From Candidatus Enterousia sp. (lineage in GTDB: Bacteria > Pseudomonadota > Alphaproteobacteria > Rs-D84): a stretch of 64,000 nt of DNA. The DNA lies in assembly GCA_045613785.1 (NCBI GenBank), contig JAZLBQ010000004.1, forward strand, positions 47,830 to 111,829, read 5' to 3'. Positions 35,201 through 44,439 of this stretch are shown here, one piece after another (the first letter of the stretch is position 1; each line of letters opens with the position of its first letter). The position numbers were made by a program, and so were the translations under genes. The notes below the pieces were generated by a model. That model saw nothing but the letters and a program-made list of their open reading frames with translations, was not told the origin of the DNA and searched no databases.

Positions 35201-36425
35201 GAAAATCGAAAAAATCAACAAAGACCGTGAAGAAGAAATTGCAATTATCGAAAAGGGCTTTGCTGATCAGATTTTCCAAATCGCAGAAAACCTGGAAATC
35301 GAAGCAGGCACTGGCAGTTTGAAACCATTTGTTGGCAAGAAACTGACAGGCGAAGTCTTTGAAGGTGTCCGTGCATCTGATATCAAGAAATTGGTTGTCA
35401 AGGACAAAGAAGCCCAGGAAAAAATCGAAGAACTGCGTGAACAGCACGTTCAGAAATTAAAGATGCTGAACGACAAGGCTGATGCGGAAGTTGCCAAAGC
35501 GACTGAAAGCAATTCATTGAATGCTGGCGTTTTGAAGGAAGTGAAAGTTTACATTGCACACAAGATGAAATTACAGCCAGGTGATAAAATGGCGGGTCGT
35601 CACGGAAACAAGGGTATTGTATCCAAGGTTGTCCCTGTCGAAGATATGCCACACTTGGCGGACGGAACACCTGTTGATTTAGTTTTGAATCCGTTGGGTG
35701 TGCCATCACGTATGAACATCGGTCAGATTTTGGAAACTCACCTTGGTATGGCTGCCCGCACATTGGGTGCTCAGATTGGTGCAGTTTTGGACGAAGTCAA
35801 GGCCAAGCGTGCTGTAACTGACGATTTACGCAAAGAAATGGGCAAGGTATATGGTGCTGACGTTGCTGAAAAACTGGAAAAAATGACAGACACAGACGTT
35901 CGTGCCCAGGCTGCATTATTGCGTGACGGTGTTCCAATGGCGACACCAACATTTGACGGTGCGACATCCGAAGACATTCGTGGAATGTTGAAATTAGCAG
36001 GTCTGCCAGAAACAGGTCAGTTTGATTTGTATGACGGTATGACAGGTGAAAAGTTTGCCCGTCCAGTGACAGTTGGTATTATGTATATGCTGAAACTGCA
36101 TCACTTTGTTGATGAAAAGATTCACGCACGTTCAATCGGTAATTATTCATTAGTTACCCAGCAGCCATTGTCAGGTAAGGCCCACATGGGTGGTCAGCGT
36201 TTGGGTGAAATGGAAGTGTGGGCACTAGAAGCCCACGGTGCAGCCCACTTGCTGCGTGAAATGTTGACGGTAAAATCTGACGATATCACCGGCCGTAACA
36301 AGATGTATGAATCCATCATCAGCGGCAGTGATGATATCCAGACCGGCACACCAGAAGCGTTCAACGTATTTGTGCGTGAACTGCGTGGGCTTGGGTTAGC
36401 GATGACCCCAAAAAAAATTGATTAG
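32292..36425 (+). CDS. rpoB: DNA-directed RNA polymerase subunit beta
   Basis: Full-length RpoB with all conserved regions. Start placed at the ATG at 32292 (MAVIQKLRKSFGK), which follows an AAAAGGA RBS. The ORF-track start at 32226 is a TTG over-extension. Confidence 0.95.
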   Translation: MAVIQKLRKSFGKSFLQTPLPDLVEIQYNSYKNFLQADVAPESRKDMGLQNVFKSMFPIKDYAGIAELKFVEYTLDKPVYNVKECMLRNMTYSSKLKLKLSLTLWDVAEDGTKSLRDIKEQEIFMGEVPLMTERGSFIASGVERVIVSQMHRAQGVVFATTKESKVAGNPTTYTARIIPEHGSWIDFEEAKGIIYVRIDRRRKVPATVLLRCLPSAQDEKKWAEDPRKPTIQGMSDTEILGVFYNRIPLAFDGKNWVGETASFQGLDKFSLNFDLLSTKGNKTILAKGDRLNGKNTKKLMAEQNFEIESEALEGEYLFDPVISGDEVIFPAGTEITEEVLKTLDELAIKEISLIAIDNKTVSAHIRNTLLADKTTNREEALIEIYNIIRPGERPTLEAAINLFMRQGFEPAYYDLSAVGRFKMNKRLKIDSGKKPEDERLLTKSDFLAVLKTLTNIIDRKDTVDDIDNLSNRRVRTVGELLEQNFRTGMVRIERLVREALSSQNIANMQPQDVINVKPLMSLVSEFLGTSQLSQFMDAYNPLSELEHKRRISALGPGGLNRDRAGIDVRDVHPTHYGRLCPIHTPEGANIGLINHLSTYARVNPYGFIETPYYVVKDGKVTSEMKYLTADEELGHKIAQGNTPTAKDGTFTEDTVTARVDGEFTMVSKDEIDLIDVEPRQVVSIATGLIPFVENDDANRALMGSNMQRQAVPLLRVQAPLVGTGIEREVARDSRTGKVAKHSGVVESVDANRIVVKCMNSRNVVTGVDIYNLEKFERSNSETIIHQKPLVKVGDRISMGDIIADGSSMNYGELALGRNVLVAFMPWRGYNYEDSIVISERISRDDVFTSVKIVEKEFKVRDTQLGPEALTRDIPNVGEEALKNLDESGIIYVGARVKQGDILVGRVTPKSETLLTPEEALLRNIFGEKALNVKDTSLRVGPNEEGTVIGVNVLTRHGVKKDERTQMIELQKIEKINKDREEEIAIIEKGFADQIFQIAENLEIEAGTGSLKPFVGKKLTGEVFEGVRASDIKKLVVKDKEAQEKIEELREQHVQKLKMLNDKADAEVAKATESNSLNAGVLKEVKVYIAHKMKLQPGDKMAGRHGNKGIVSKVVPVEDMPHLADGTPVDLVLNPLGVPSRMNIGQILETHLGMAARTLGAQIGAVLDEVKAKRAVTDDLRKEMGKVYGADVAEKLEKMTDTDVRAQAALLRDGVPMATPTFDGATSEDIRGMLKLAGLPETGQFDLYDGMTGEKFARPVTVGIMYMLKLHHFVDEKIHARSIGNYSLVTQQPLSGKAHMGGQRLGEMEVWALEAHGAAHLLREMLTVKSDDITGRNKMYESIISGSDDIQTGTPEAFNVFVRELRGLGLAMTPKKID

Positions 36426-36492
36426 TGGTTAGGCTTGGTTGCCACATTTTGTGGCAACCAAACTGACAACACTAATGACTAACCACTAACAA
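36423..36492 (+). promoter_or_regulatory. Nested stem-loop in the rpoB-rpoC spacer: an outer 11-bp stem TTAGTGGTTAG/CTAACCACTAA encloses an inner 10-bp hairpin GGTTGCCACA-TTTT-GTGGCAACC. Candidate RNase III processing or attenuation site.
   Basis: Read directly from the sequence. An RNase III site between rpoB and rpoC is established in E. coli. Confidence 0.35.
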
Positions 36493-36524
36493 ACTCTTTA
36501 AGCGACTGAAAGGAGCGAAATATA

Positions 36525-39500
36525 ATGAGCAATATGTTGCAAAAGATATTTGGACAAATTGAAACCAAGGAACAGTTTGATGCACTTCGCATTACAATTG
36601 CGTCTCCCGAAGAAATTTTGTCCTGGTCCCATGGTGAAGTTAAGAAACCAGAAACAATTAACTATCATTCAATGAAACCAGAAGCCGAAGGTCTGTTCTG
36701 TCAGCAGATTTTTGGTCCTGTCAAAGACTATGAATGTGCCTGTGGGAAGTATAAAAGAATTAAATTCCGTGGCGTTGTTTGTGAAAAGTGCGGTGTAGAA
36801 GTTGGGTCTTCATCTGTTCGTCGTGAACGCATGGGGCATATTAAATTGGCGATGCCAGTTGCCCACACATGGTTCTTGCGTGAAGGCAAGATTGCAACAC
36901 TGTTGAACAATCTGCCACAAAAGAAACTGGAACAGGTTATTTCATACGATGCATATATCGTAATTGAACCAGGTTTAACAAATCTGAAATTGTATGACGT
37001 TACCAGCGAAGACGAATACCAGGCAGCAGTTGAAGAATTTGGTGCTGACGCATTCCGTGTTGGCATTGGTGCCGAAGGTGTTCGTGAAATCATCAGTGGC
37101 TTGGATATGGGCGACGAACGCACACGTCTGCGTACAGAATTGGCTGAAACAAAATCAGAAACAAAACGTCGTGCACTGATTAAACAGTTAAAATTGGTCG
37201 AAGCGTTCTTGGATTCCAAGACAGAACCAGCATGGATGATGCCGGATATTATCCCTGTTATCCCACCTGATATGCGTCCATTGGTGACATTGGATGCAGG
37301 ACACGTTGCTGCGTCTGACTTAAATGACTTGTATCGTCGTGTTATTATCCGTAACAATCGTCTGAAAAAGTTTATGGAAATGCACGCCCCAGACATTATT
37401 ATCCGCAACGAAAAACGTATGTTGCAGGAAGCGGTTGATTCATTGTTTGATAATGGCCACAAGGCACGTCCAATGGTATCTCAGAACCGTCGTCCATTGA
37501 AATCATTGTCTGATTCATTGCGTGGTAAATCTGGTCGTTTCCGTATGAACATGTTGGGTAAACGTGTTGACTATTCTGGTCGTTCGGTTATCGTATCTGG
37601 TCCAACATTGAAATTGCACCAGGTTGGTTTGCCAAAGACAATGGCATTGGAATTGTTCAAACCATTTGTATATTCACGTTTGTTGTCTGGCGATCATGCT
37701 AATACATTAAAGACAGCACGTAAGATGGTTGAAAACGGCGAAGATATTGTATGGGATATTCTGGAAAAGGTTATTTATCAGCATCCTGTATTGTTGAACC
37801 GTGCACCAACATTGCACCGTTTGTCATTGCTGGCATTTGAACCAGTTTTGATTGAAGGCAAGGCAATCCGTCTGCATCCATTGGTATGTAAGGGCTTTAA
37901 TGCTGACTTTGACGGTGACCAGATGTCTGTTCACGTTCCAATTTCACTAGAAGCACAATTAGAAGCACGCACATTGATGTTGGCATCGAATAATGTATTG
38001 TCGCCTGCAAATGGTAAGCCAATGATTGTTCCATCTCAAGACATGGTTTTGGGTGTTTACTACATCTCGTTGATAAACGGCAAACACGATGAAAAGTCTC
38101 CACGTTTTGCCAATATGGACGAAGTGAAGTTGGCATTGGATAAAAAGGCAATTACACTGCACACACCAATTGTTGCACGTATCAACGGCAAGCGTTATGA
38201 AACAACAGCAGGTCGTATGATTTTGGGTGAATTATTGCCAAAATCAGAAAATATGCCATTTGACCTGGTGAACAAGACAATGCCAGTAAAAGAAATCGAA
38301 GCATTGTTGGCAACGACTTATGAACGTTGTGGCGACAAGGCGATGATTTTGTTGGCTGATGCATTAAAGAACACTGGTTTTGAACAGGCTGCACGCAGTG
38401 GTATTTCAATTGGTTATGACGACATTGTTATTCCTGCAGAAAAGAAGAACATGATTGAAAGTTCCGAAAAGACAGCCAAGGAAATCGAAGAACAGTATCA
38501 GAACGGTTTGTTATCAGGCAACGAACGTCACAATAAATTGATTGACTTGTGGCAGAAGACAACTGATGAACTGGCTGACAAAGCATATGATGCATTGTCA
38601 AAAAGCGAAGGCGACAACTGGAATTCTGTTCACATGATGGCGTTGTCTGGGGCTCGTGGTTCAAAGCGTCAGATTCAGCAGTTGGCAGGTATGCGTGGTA
38701 TGATGCAGAAGCCAGACGGCTCGATTATCGAAGTTCCAATTATTTCGAACTTTAAAGAAGGTTTGACCATGTCTGAATACTTTACGTCAACCCACGGTGC
38801 ACGTAAGGGTATGTCGGATACGGCTTTGAAGACAGCTGACGCTGGTTATTTGACACGTCGTTTGGTTGAATTGGCACAGAACACTGTCATCACAGAACAT
38901 GACTGTGGCACAGATGAATACATTACAGCAAAACCAGTTTACACAGGTTCTGTATTGTCTGTTCCATTGGGTGATGTGGTCTTAGGACGCACAGCCGCCA
39001 AGGATATTATCCACCCAGACACCGAAGAAGTGATTGTTCCAAAGGGCGAATTGATTACCAAGGCAGCGTCCAAGATAATCAATGAATCTGGTTTACCATC
39101 TGTTGATGTTCGCAGCGTTTTGACATGTTGTTCAGACGGTCTGTGTGCAAAATGTTATGGTATGGACTTGTCACGTAATTCATTGGTTCACGTTGGCGAA
39201 GCAGTTGCTGTTATCGCTGGTCAGTCTATTGGTGAACCTGGAACACAGTTGACACTGCGAACCTTCCACATTGGTGGTATTGCTGCTGGTGGTGCAGACA
39301 GTCACTATATCGAAGTTCCAGTTGCTGGTAAGATTAAATTGTCAGATGTGAATACGATCAAGAACAGTGCGGGTCGCATTGTTGTGGTCAACCGCAATGG
39401 GAAACTGGCGGTCACAGATGACGAAGGCAAAGAATTGTATAGTGCATCATTGCCATACGCAGCTGTTTTGATTGCAAAAGACGGTGATATAGTCGAAAAG

Positions 39501-40640
39501 AAGGCCAAGGTTGCTGAATGGGATCCATACTCAAACACAATCATCGCTGAAAAAGACGGTAAAGTATGCTATAACGACTTGATTGAAAATGTATCATATC
39601 AAGAAAATGTTGATGCGATGACAGGTATTACATCACGCAAGGTTATCAAATGGAATGATAACACAAAGAAGTCTTTGAAACCTGCAATCACACTGGTTGA
39701 TGACAAAGGCGAAATCATTTCATTGGGTGGCAAAAAGATTGCTGAATACCTGTTGCCAACATACTCTGTTTTGAACGTCAAAGATGGCGATAAGGTTCAG
39801 GCTGGTGATATTATTGCACGTATTCCTGTCCAGACAAAACGAACAGGCGACATTACTGGTGGTTTGCCACGTGTTAATGAATTGCTGGAAGTTCGTCGTC
39901 CAACAAATCCTGCTATTTTGGCAGAAGTTGACGGAACAGTTGATTTGGAAGAAGCCAAGAACAAAAGCAAGATTATTGTTCGAATCAATCCTGCTGATGG
40001 TTCAGAACCAGTTGAATACATTGTTCCAAAGGGTGCAAACTTATTGGTCAGAACAGGTGATGAAGTTAAAAAGGCTGACAAATTGGTTGACGGTGATCCA
40101 GTGCCACAGGATATTTTGCGTATCTCTGGCCAGAAAGCATTGGCAACCTTTATGGCAGACCAGATTCAACAGGTTTACCGCTTACAAGGTGTGACCATCA
40201 ATGACAAGCACATTGAAATCTTGATACGTGAAATGACACGCCGTGTTGAAATCACCAACCCAGGCGACACCAGCTTCTTGATGGGGCAGGTTGTTGACCG
40301 TGTTGATTTCGAAGAAGAAAACGCACGTGTTGCACGTGACGGTGGTCGCCAGGCAGAACGTTCAGAAGTTTTGGTTGGTTTGACCCGTGCATCATTGACA
40401 TCACGTTCATTTATTTCGAACGCATCGTTCCAACAGACGACCAAAGTTTTGGTTGACGCTGCAATCAGTGGTTCAACAGACAAATTGGTTGGTATAAACG
40501 AAAACTTGATTGTTGGTCGTTTGATACCGATTGGAACGGGGGCATATGTCCGTCGTGTTCGTGAAATTGCCCGTGAAGAAGAAAAAGCGGAAAAATTGGC
40601 TCGTGAAGGCAATGCCCAGCAGCAATTGATGGACATTTAA
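36525..40640 (+). CDS. rpoC: DNA-directed RNA polymerase subunit beta'
   Basis: Zn-binding CxxC...CxxC N-terminus and the NADFDGD catalytic motif. Full length (1371 aa). AGGAG RBS. Confidence 0.97.
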   Translation: MSNMLQKIFGQIETKEQFDALRITIASPEEILSWSHGEVKKPETINYHSMKPEAEGLFCQQIFGPVKDYECACGKYKRIKFRGVVCEKCGVEVGSSSVRRERMGHIKLAMPVAHTWFLREGKIATLLNNLPQKKLEQVISYDAYIVIEPGLTNLKLYDVTSEDEYQAAVEEFGADAFRVGIGAEGVREIISGLDMGDERTRLRTELAETKSETKRRALIKQLKLVEAFLDSKTEPAWMMPDIIPVIPPDMRPLVTLDAGHVAASDLNDLYRRVIIRNNRLKKFMEMHAPDIIIRNEKRMLQEAVDSLFDNGHKARPMVSQNRRPLKSLSDSLRGKSGRFRMNMLGKRVDYSGRSVIVSGPTLKLHQVGLPKTMALELFKPFVYSRLLSGDHANTLKTARKMVENGEDIVWDILEKVIYQHPVLLNRAPTLHRLSLLAFEPVLIEGKAIRLHPLVCKGFNADFDGDQMSVHVPISLEAQLEARTLMLASNNVLSPANGKPMIVPSQDMVLGVYYISLINGKHDEKSPRFANMDEVKLALDKKAITLHTPIVARINGKRYETTAGRMILGELLPKSENMPFDLVNKTMPVKEIEALLATTYERCGDKAMILLADALKNTGFEQAARSGISIGYDDIVIPAEKKNMIESSEKTAKEIEEQYQNGLLSGNERHNKLIDLWQKTTDELADKAYDALSKSEGDNWNSVHMMALSGARGSKRQIQQLAGMRGMMQKPDGSIIEVPIISNFKEGLTMSEYFTSTHGARKGMSDTALKTADAGYLTRRLVELAQNTVITEHDCGTDEYITAKPVYTGSVLSVPLGDVVLGRTAAKDIIHPDTEEVIVPKGELITKAASKIINESGLPSVDVRSVLTCCSDGLCAKCYGMDLSRNSLVHVGEAVAVIAGQSIGEPGTQLTLRTFHIGGIAAGGADSHYIEVPVAGKIKLSDVNTIKNSAGRIVVVNRNGKLAVTDDEGKELYSASLPYAAVLIAKDGDIVEKKAKVAEWDPYSNTIIAEKDGKVCYNDLIENVSYQENVDAMTGITSRKVIKWNDNTKKSLKPAITLVDDKGEIISLGGKKIAEYLLPTYSVLNVKDGDKVQAGDIIARIPVQTKRTGDITGGLPRVNELLEVRRPTNPAILAEVDGTVDLEEAKNKSKIIVRINPADGSEPVEYIVPKGANLLVRTGDEVKKADKLVDGDPVPQDILRISGQKALATFMADQIQQVYRLQGVTINDKHIEILIREMTRRVEITNPGDTSFLMGQVVDRVDFEEENARVARDGGRQAERSEVLVGLTRASLTSRSFISNASFQQTTKVLVDAAISGSTDKLVGINENLIVGRLIPIGTGAYVRRVREIAREEEKAEKLAREGNAQQQLMDI

Positions 40641-40644
40641 TAAA

Positions 40645-40680
40645 AAATCCCGGGGGCAACCCCGGGGATAAAACTTTTTC
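40645..40680 (+). terminator. Rho-independent terminator after rpoC
   Basis: GC-rich hairpin ATCCCGGGGGCAACCCCGGGGAT followed by AAAACTTTTTC. Confidence 0.6.
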
Positions 40681-40739
40681 TTGCAAATCGTAATGATTTG
40701 AATAAAATAGGACAGTTATAACATAAAAAGGATAAAAAA

Positions 40740-40889
40740 ATGGCAACGCCAAAAAGTAAAACAAGTAAAGCCCGCAGTGCCCAGCGTCGTTCACACGATG
40801 CATTGTCTGTAATGCCTTGTGGTGTATGCAAAACATGTGGCGAAAAGAAACGTCCACATCACGTTTGTTCTGCATGCGGTGCGAAATAA
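40740..40889 (+). CDS. rpmF: 50S ribosomal protein L32 (49 aa; below the ORF-track length cutoff)
   Basis: MATPKSKTSKARSAQRRSHDALSVMPCGVCKTCGEKKRPHHVCSACGAK. Canonical rpmF-plsX linkage. Confidence 0.85.
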   Translation: MATPKSKTSKARSAQRRSHDALSVMPCGVCKTCGEKKRPHHVCSACGAK

Positions 40890-40960
40890 TATAACTAACA
40901 ACAAAAATACAAGGCAGGATTCTGGGTGCATGTATGTGCCCGTTCTGCCTTTTTTAAACT

Positions 40961-42025
40961 ATGTCACACGAAAAAAAAATTATTGCTATTGATGCCATGG
41001 GCGGCGACAAAGGACCAAATGCTGTTCTTGGTGGAATGAATCAATATTTATACCAGCACGGCGAAAATGAAGTTTCATTTCGTCTGTTTGGTGATGAAAA
41101 GAAGTTGCGTAAATTATTGGCAAAATACCCCCGTGTTTCCCGAAATGTAGAGGTTATACACGCTCCGAATGTTATTCGTGGCACGGACAAGGTTATGGAT
41201 GTTTTGCGTCATGCCCAGGACACATCGATGTATATGGCGATTAAGGATGTCCGTGAAGGAAAATCTACTGCCGTTATCAGTGCCGGCAATACTGGCATTT
41301 TGATGTCTTTGTCAAAATTGGCATTAAAGACGATTGATGGAATTTCACGTCCTGCGATTACAACGATGTTGCCATCTGGTGCTGGAGACAGCCGTGTAGT
41401 TGTTCTTGATTTAGGTGCAAACGTTCATTGTGATGAAACTATTTTGTTTGATTTTGCCATATTAGGCAGTGTCTATGCCGAAGTAGTAGGAAAAATGCCA
41501 AAACCAAAATTGGGCATATTGAATATCGGTTCCGAAGAAACCAAAGGCAATGAAACTCTGGTTCACTTGAACAAAATTCTGACGGCTAACAAAGACACAT
41601 TACCATACGACTACATCGGTTTTGTCGAAGGGAATGACATCAGTGCAGGTCGTGTTCAGGTTGTTGTAACAGATGGGTTTACTGGCAATATTGTTCTTAA
41701 AACCGTCGAAGGGACTGCAAAATTGATAAAGCGGGTTATTGTTGAAAACTTCAAGAAATCAATTCTGGCAATAATCGGTGCGTTTTTCTTGGTTCACGTA
41801 TTCAAGCGGCTTAAAAACAAGATTGATCCACGCTCGTATGCTGGTGCTACATTCTTGGGCTTGCGTGGGTTTGCGGTCAAGACGCACGGTAACAGTGATG
41901 CCTTGGCGTTTGCAAATTCAATCCATTACACAGCCAAACTAACAAGTGCGAACTTAAATGGTTTGATTGCAGAACGGGCTCGTGCATTGGCTGATGTTCG
42001 TGCTACAATCAAGAACGAAGAATAA
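40961..42025 (+). CDS. plsX: Phosphate acyltransferase PlsX
   Basis: MSHEKKIIAIDAMGGDKGPNAVLGG. Confidence 0.92.
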   Translation: MSHEKKIIAIDAMGGDKGPNAVLGGMNQYLYQHGENEVSFRLFGDEKKLRKLLAKYPRVSRNVEVIHAPNVIRGTDKVMDVLRHAQDTSMYMAIKDVREGKSTAVISAGNTGILMSLSKLALKTIDGISRPAITTMLPSGAGDSRVVVLDLGANVHCDETILFDFAILGSVYAEVVGKMPKPKLGILNIGSEETKGNETLVHLNKILTANKDTLPYDYIGFVEGNDISAGRVQVVVTDGFTGNIVLKTVEGTAKLIKRVIVENFKKSILAIIGAFFLVHVFKRLKNKIDPRSYAGATFLGLRGFAVKTHGNSDALAFANSIHYTAKLTSANLNGLIAERARALADVRATIKNEE

Positions 42026-42051
42026 TTATAAACATACAAGGAAGAATATAT

Positions 42052-42648
42052 ATGTTGAAAAAAACAGACGTTGTTTTGTTTGATTTTGATGGAACTCTTT
42101 CTGCGCTGGATTCAAATATTGAATTTGCGAAATATTGTTTTCGTCGCAGCCTTCGTCCCTGGCTTTTTTTACCATTGATGGGGATTAGTGGAATTTGCCG
42201 TTGGGTTCGTCCAAATGGTGTTTGGTGGCGTGAAAACATCCGTCGTTTTATGACACCTGAAATGGTTCGTCGTTTTGCACCTGGTTTTATAAAGCAGCAC
42301 AAACGTGAACGTTTTGGTTGGGCCAAAGAACGTGTTCAGTCCGAACGTGATGCTGGTCGCAAAGTATTGCTAATATCTGCTAGCACAGATTATTTAATCC
42401 CAGGGCTTGTTCGTGATATGAAATTTGATGCGGTATTTTGTTCAAAAATGGACGCAAAAAAACCATGGCGTTATAAGTTCTTGTGTTGGGGCGAAAACAA
42501 AGTTATCGCAATGGATGAATGGGCGAAAGAAAACAAAATTATTCCAAATGTTGTTCGTGCCTATTCGGACAGTAAATCAGACTTGCCGATGATGGAATTG
42601 GCTCAAGAACAGGTCTGGATTGACAAGAAAACAGGTCTAAGAAAATAA
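42052..42648 (+). CDS. HAD-superfamily hydrolase (HAD-IB / phosphoserine-phosphatase-like)
   Basis: N-terminal FDFDGTL motif I and a downstream S/T motif. 198 aa. Confidence 0.8.
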   Translation: MLKKTDVVLFDFDGTLSALDSNIEFAKYCFRRSLRPWLFLPLMGISGICRWVRPNGVWWRENIRRFMTPEMVRRFAPGFIKQHKRERFGWAKERVQSERDAGRKVLLISASTDYLIPGLVRDMKFDAVFCSKMDAKKPWRYKFLCWGENKVIAMDEWAKENKIIPNVVRAYSDSKSDLPMMELAQEQVWIDKKTGLRK

Positions 42649-42679
42649 GCCTGGTGCATTATTGCTAAAACAATGTTAA

Positions 42680-42712
42680 AGTGTTTCTATGGTCTTGGTA
42701 GAAACACTTTTT
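42680..42712 (+). terminator. Rho-independent terminator after the HAD gene (AGTGTTTCTA-TGGTCTTGG-TAGAAACACT + TTTTT)
   Basis: Perfect 10-bp stem plus a T-run. The ATG of the predicted ORF 42689..42994 lies in the loop. Confidence 0.45.
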
Positions 42713-42994
42713 GATTTACTTAGTGCATCTTTTGGTGCGATTTGTGGTGCTGTATTTGCGTTTTTTCTAAATCGCAAGCGTAACAAGTCGATGGCAACCC
42801 AGTTGGTTGTCAGCCGTCAGGCACTGGAAAAGATAAAGCTTGAAAACCAAGATTTGTTGCATCAGGTTCAAGACAAAGAGAATTTGATTCTGCAACTGCA
42901 ACTGCAAATTTTGGGCAAGCATACAAATCCGCCAGATGGTTCGCAGGACGAAAAACAAAAATCTAAACCCAGAAAAAATAAAAAGAAAAAATAA
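42689..42994 (+). CDS. Doubtful small membrane/coiled-coil protein (101 aa)
   Basis: An ORF with one hydrophobic segment and a Lys-rich tail. However, its start codon is embedded in a terminator hairpin, so the call is weak. Confidence 0.3.
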   Translation: MVLVETLFDLLSASFGAICGAVFAFFLNRKRNKSMATQLVVSRQALEKIKLENQDLLHQVQDKENLILQLQLQILGKHTNPPDGSQDEKQKSKPRKNKKKK

Positions 42995-43022
42995 CCGGCA
43001 TATTTGCCGGTTTTTCATTATT
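42990..43022. terminator. Bidirectional terminator (CCGGCATATTTGCCGG) between the small ORF (+) and rmuC (-)
   Basis: Hairpin flanked by an A-run upstream and a T-run downstream. Confidence 0.5.
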
Positions 43023-43896
43023 CTTCACCGAAATCCATATTACGCAGTTTTTCTGCCCGTGGGGCGATTTTGCCAACAGAAATTTGAATTTTATCCAGGT
43101 CTGCATTAGCCAGTGCAAAGTGTTTTTCAATATCGTTTGCCCGCTCGTTCAGACGGGTTAAATCGCCCAACAGTGCGTCTAGTTCTGTTTTTATCTTTGC
43201 GGCAACACGTTTTATCTTGATATCAGACAATACTGCCCTGATTGTGTTTAACGTTGCCCACAGTGTTGCAGGTGATACAATAAATACTTTCTGGTGTGCT
43301 GCATAATCAATTGTTGCTGGAAAGTTTCTGTGCAGCAATTCGAAAATAGATTCCGATGCGATAAACATCATTGCGGATTCTGCAGTTTGACCAGGGATAA
43401 TATATTTTTCTGCGATTGCATCAATATGTCTTCGAACATCTTGTTCGAATTGTTTTTTTGCCAAGGCATCATTACCGTCTGCCATCATACGGTTATAACT
43501 TTCAAGTGGGAACTTGCTGTCAATTACCATGTCGCCGGGTGGATAGGGCAATCTGATAACACAGTCTGGTCGCACGCCGCCTGGCAAAACGTGTTGAAAT
43601 GCGTATGTTTCAGGTGGCATAATATCCCGCACCAAATCTTCCAGTTGACGTTCGCCAAATGTTCCACGTGCTTGTTTGTTTCCCATCAATATATTTTTAA
43701 AGTTTGCGATGTCGGCACTTATATTTTTCAGTTCAATAGCATTTTGGTTCAAAGCCCCCAATCGTTCTGCCAATCTTTCACGCAGGCGTGCATTATCTTC
43801 ACGCAGTGGCGAAAAGTCTAACACAGGGCGTCGCATTAAAATAGCCAGCAACAATAAAATAATAATGAATAACAATACAAAAATATAAGTTGTCAT
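43018..43896 (-). CDS. rmuC: DNA recombination protein RmuC
   Basis: N-terminal transmembrane segment, coiled coil and the RmuC core (RGTFGERQLEDLVRDIMPPETYAFQ). Confidence 0.85.
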   Translation of the reverse strand: MTTYIFVLLFIIILLLLAILMRRPVLDFSPLREDNARLRERLAERLGALNQNAIELKNISADIANFKNILMGNKQARGTFGERQLEDLVRDIMPPETYAFQHVLPGGVRPDCVIRLPYPPGDMVIDSKFPLESYNRMMADGNDALAKKQFEQDVRRHIDAIAEKYIIPGQTAESAMMFIASESIFELLHRNFPATIDYAAHQKVFIVSPATLWATLNTIRAVLSDIKIKRVAAKIKTELDALLGDLTRLNERANDIEKHFALANADLDKIQISVGKIAPRAEKLRNMDFGEE

Positions 43897-43937
43897 TTCC
43901 TAATCCTTTGCTATGATTATTATAAGAGGTTTTAATA

Positions 43938-44438
43938 ATGTTGCAAATGAAACTTTGTGGTGATTTAGTTTTACGAACAGTTTGTTCGCCTGTTGAATCC
44001 ATAACGCCTGATTTATTGGCGACAATGGACGAAATGGTTGAAATGATGCGTGAACAGAACGGGGTCGGCTTAGCGGCACCCCAGGTTGGTATTCTTTCAC
44101 GTTTTTTGGTAATGATGGATCCGGACAGTGAAACGGTTTATCGCATGATAAATCCACGTATTTTATCACACAGTTCTTCGACTTGCACAATGGAAGAAGG
44201 TTGCTTGTCTGTTTTGGGGATGGACGGTTTGCCAGTTTATGCAAATGTTACACGTCCTGACAGTGTTATCGTTGAATGGACAGATGAAGCAGGTGAAACA
44301 AAGACTGCTCAGATGTCTGGTGTTCCTGCTAGGATTGTTCAGCACGAAACAGACCATTTGGACGGAAAGTTGTTTGTTGATTATTTATCTCCTTTGCGTC
44401 GTGAAATGGTTATGCGTAAAGTAAAAAAACGGAAATAA
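43938..44438 (+). CDS. def: Peptide deformylase
   Basis: GVGLAAPQVG, EGCLS and QHETDHLDG motifs. Confidence 0.92.
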   Translation: MLQMKLCGDLVLRTVCSPVESITPDLLATMDEMVEMMREQNGVGLAAPQVGILSRFLVMMDPDSETVYRMINPRILSHSSSTCTMEEGCLSVLGMDGLPVYANVTRPDSVIVEWTDEAGETKTAQMSGVPARIVQHETDHLDGKLFVDYLSPLRREMVMRKVKKRK

Positions 44439-44439
44439 A

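Noticed and set aside
36728-37462. 244-aa minus-strand ORF inside rpoC, plus many similar antisense ORFs inside rpoB/rpoC, the RND gene and pnp
   Set aside because: They lie inside unambiguous, highly conserved genes on the other strand. These are typical long antisense frames.
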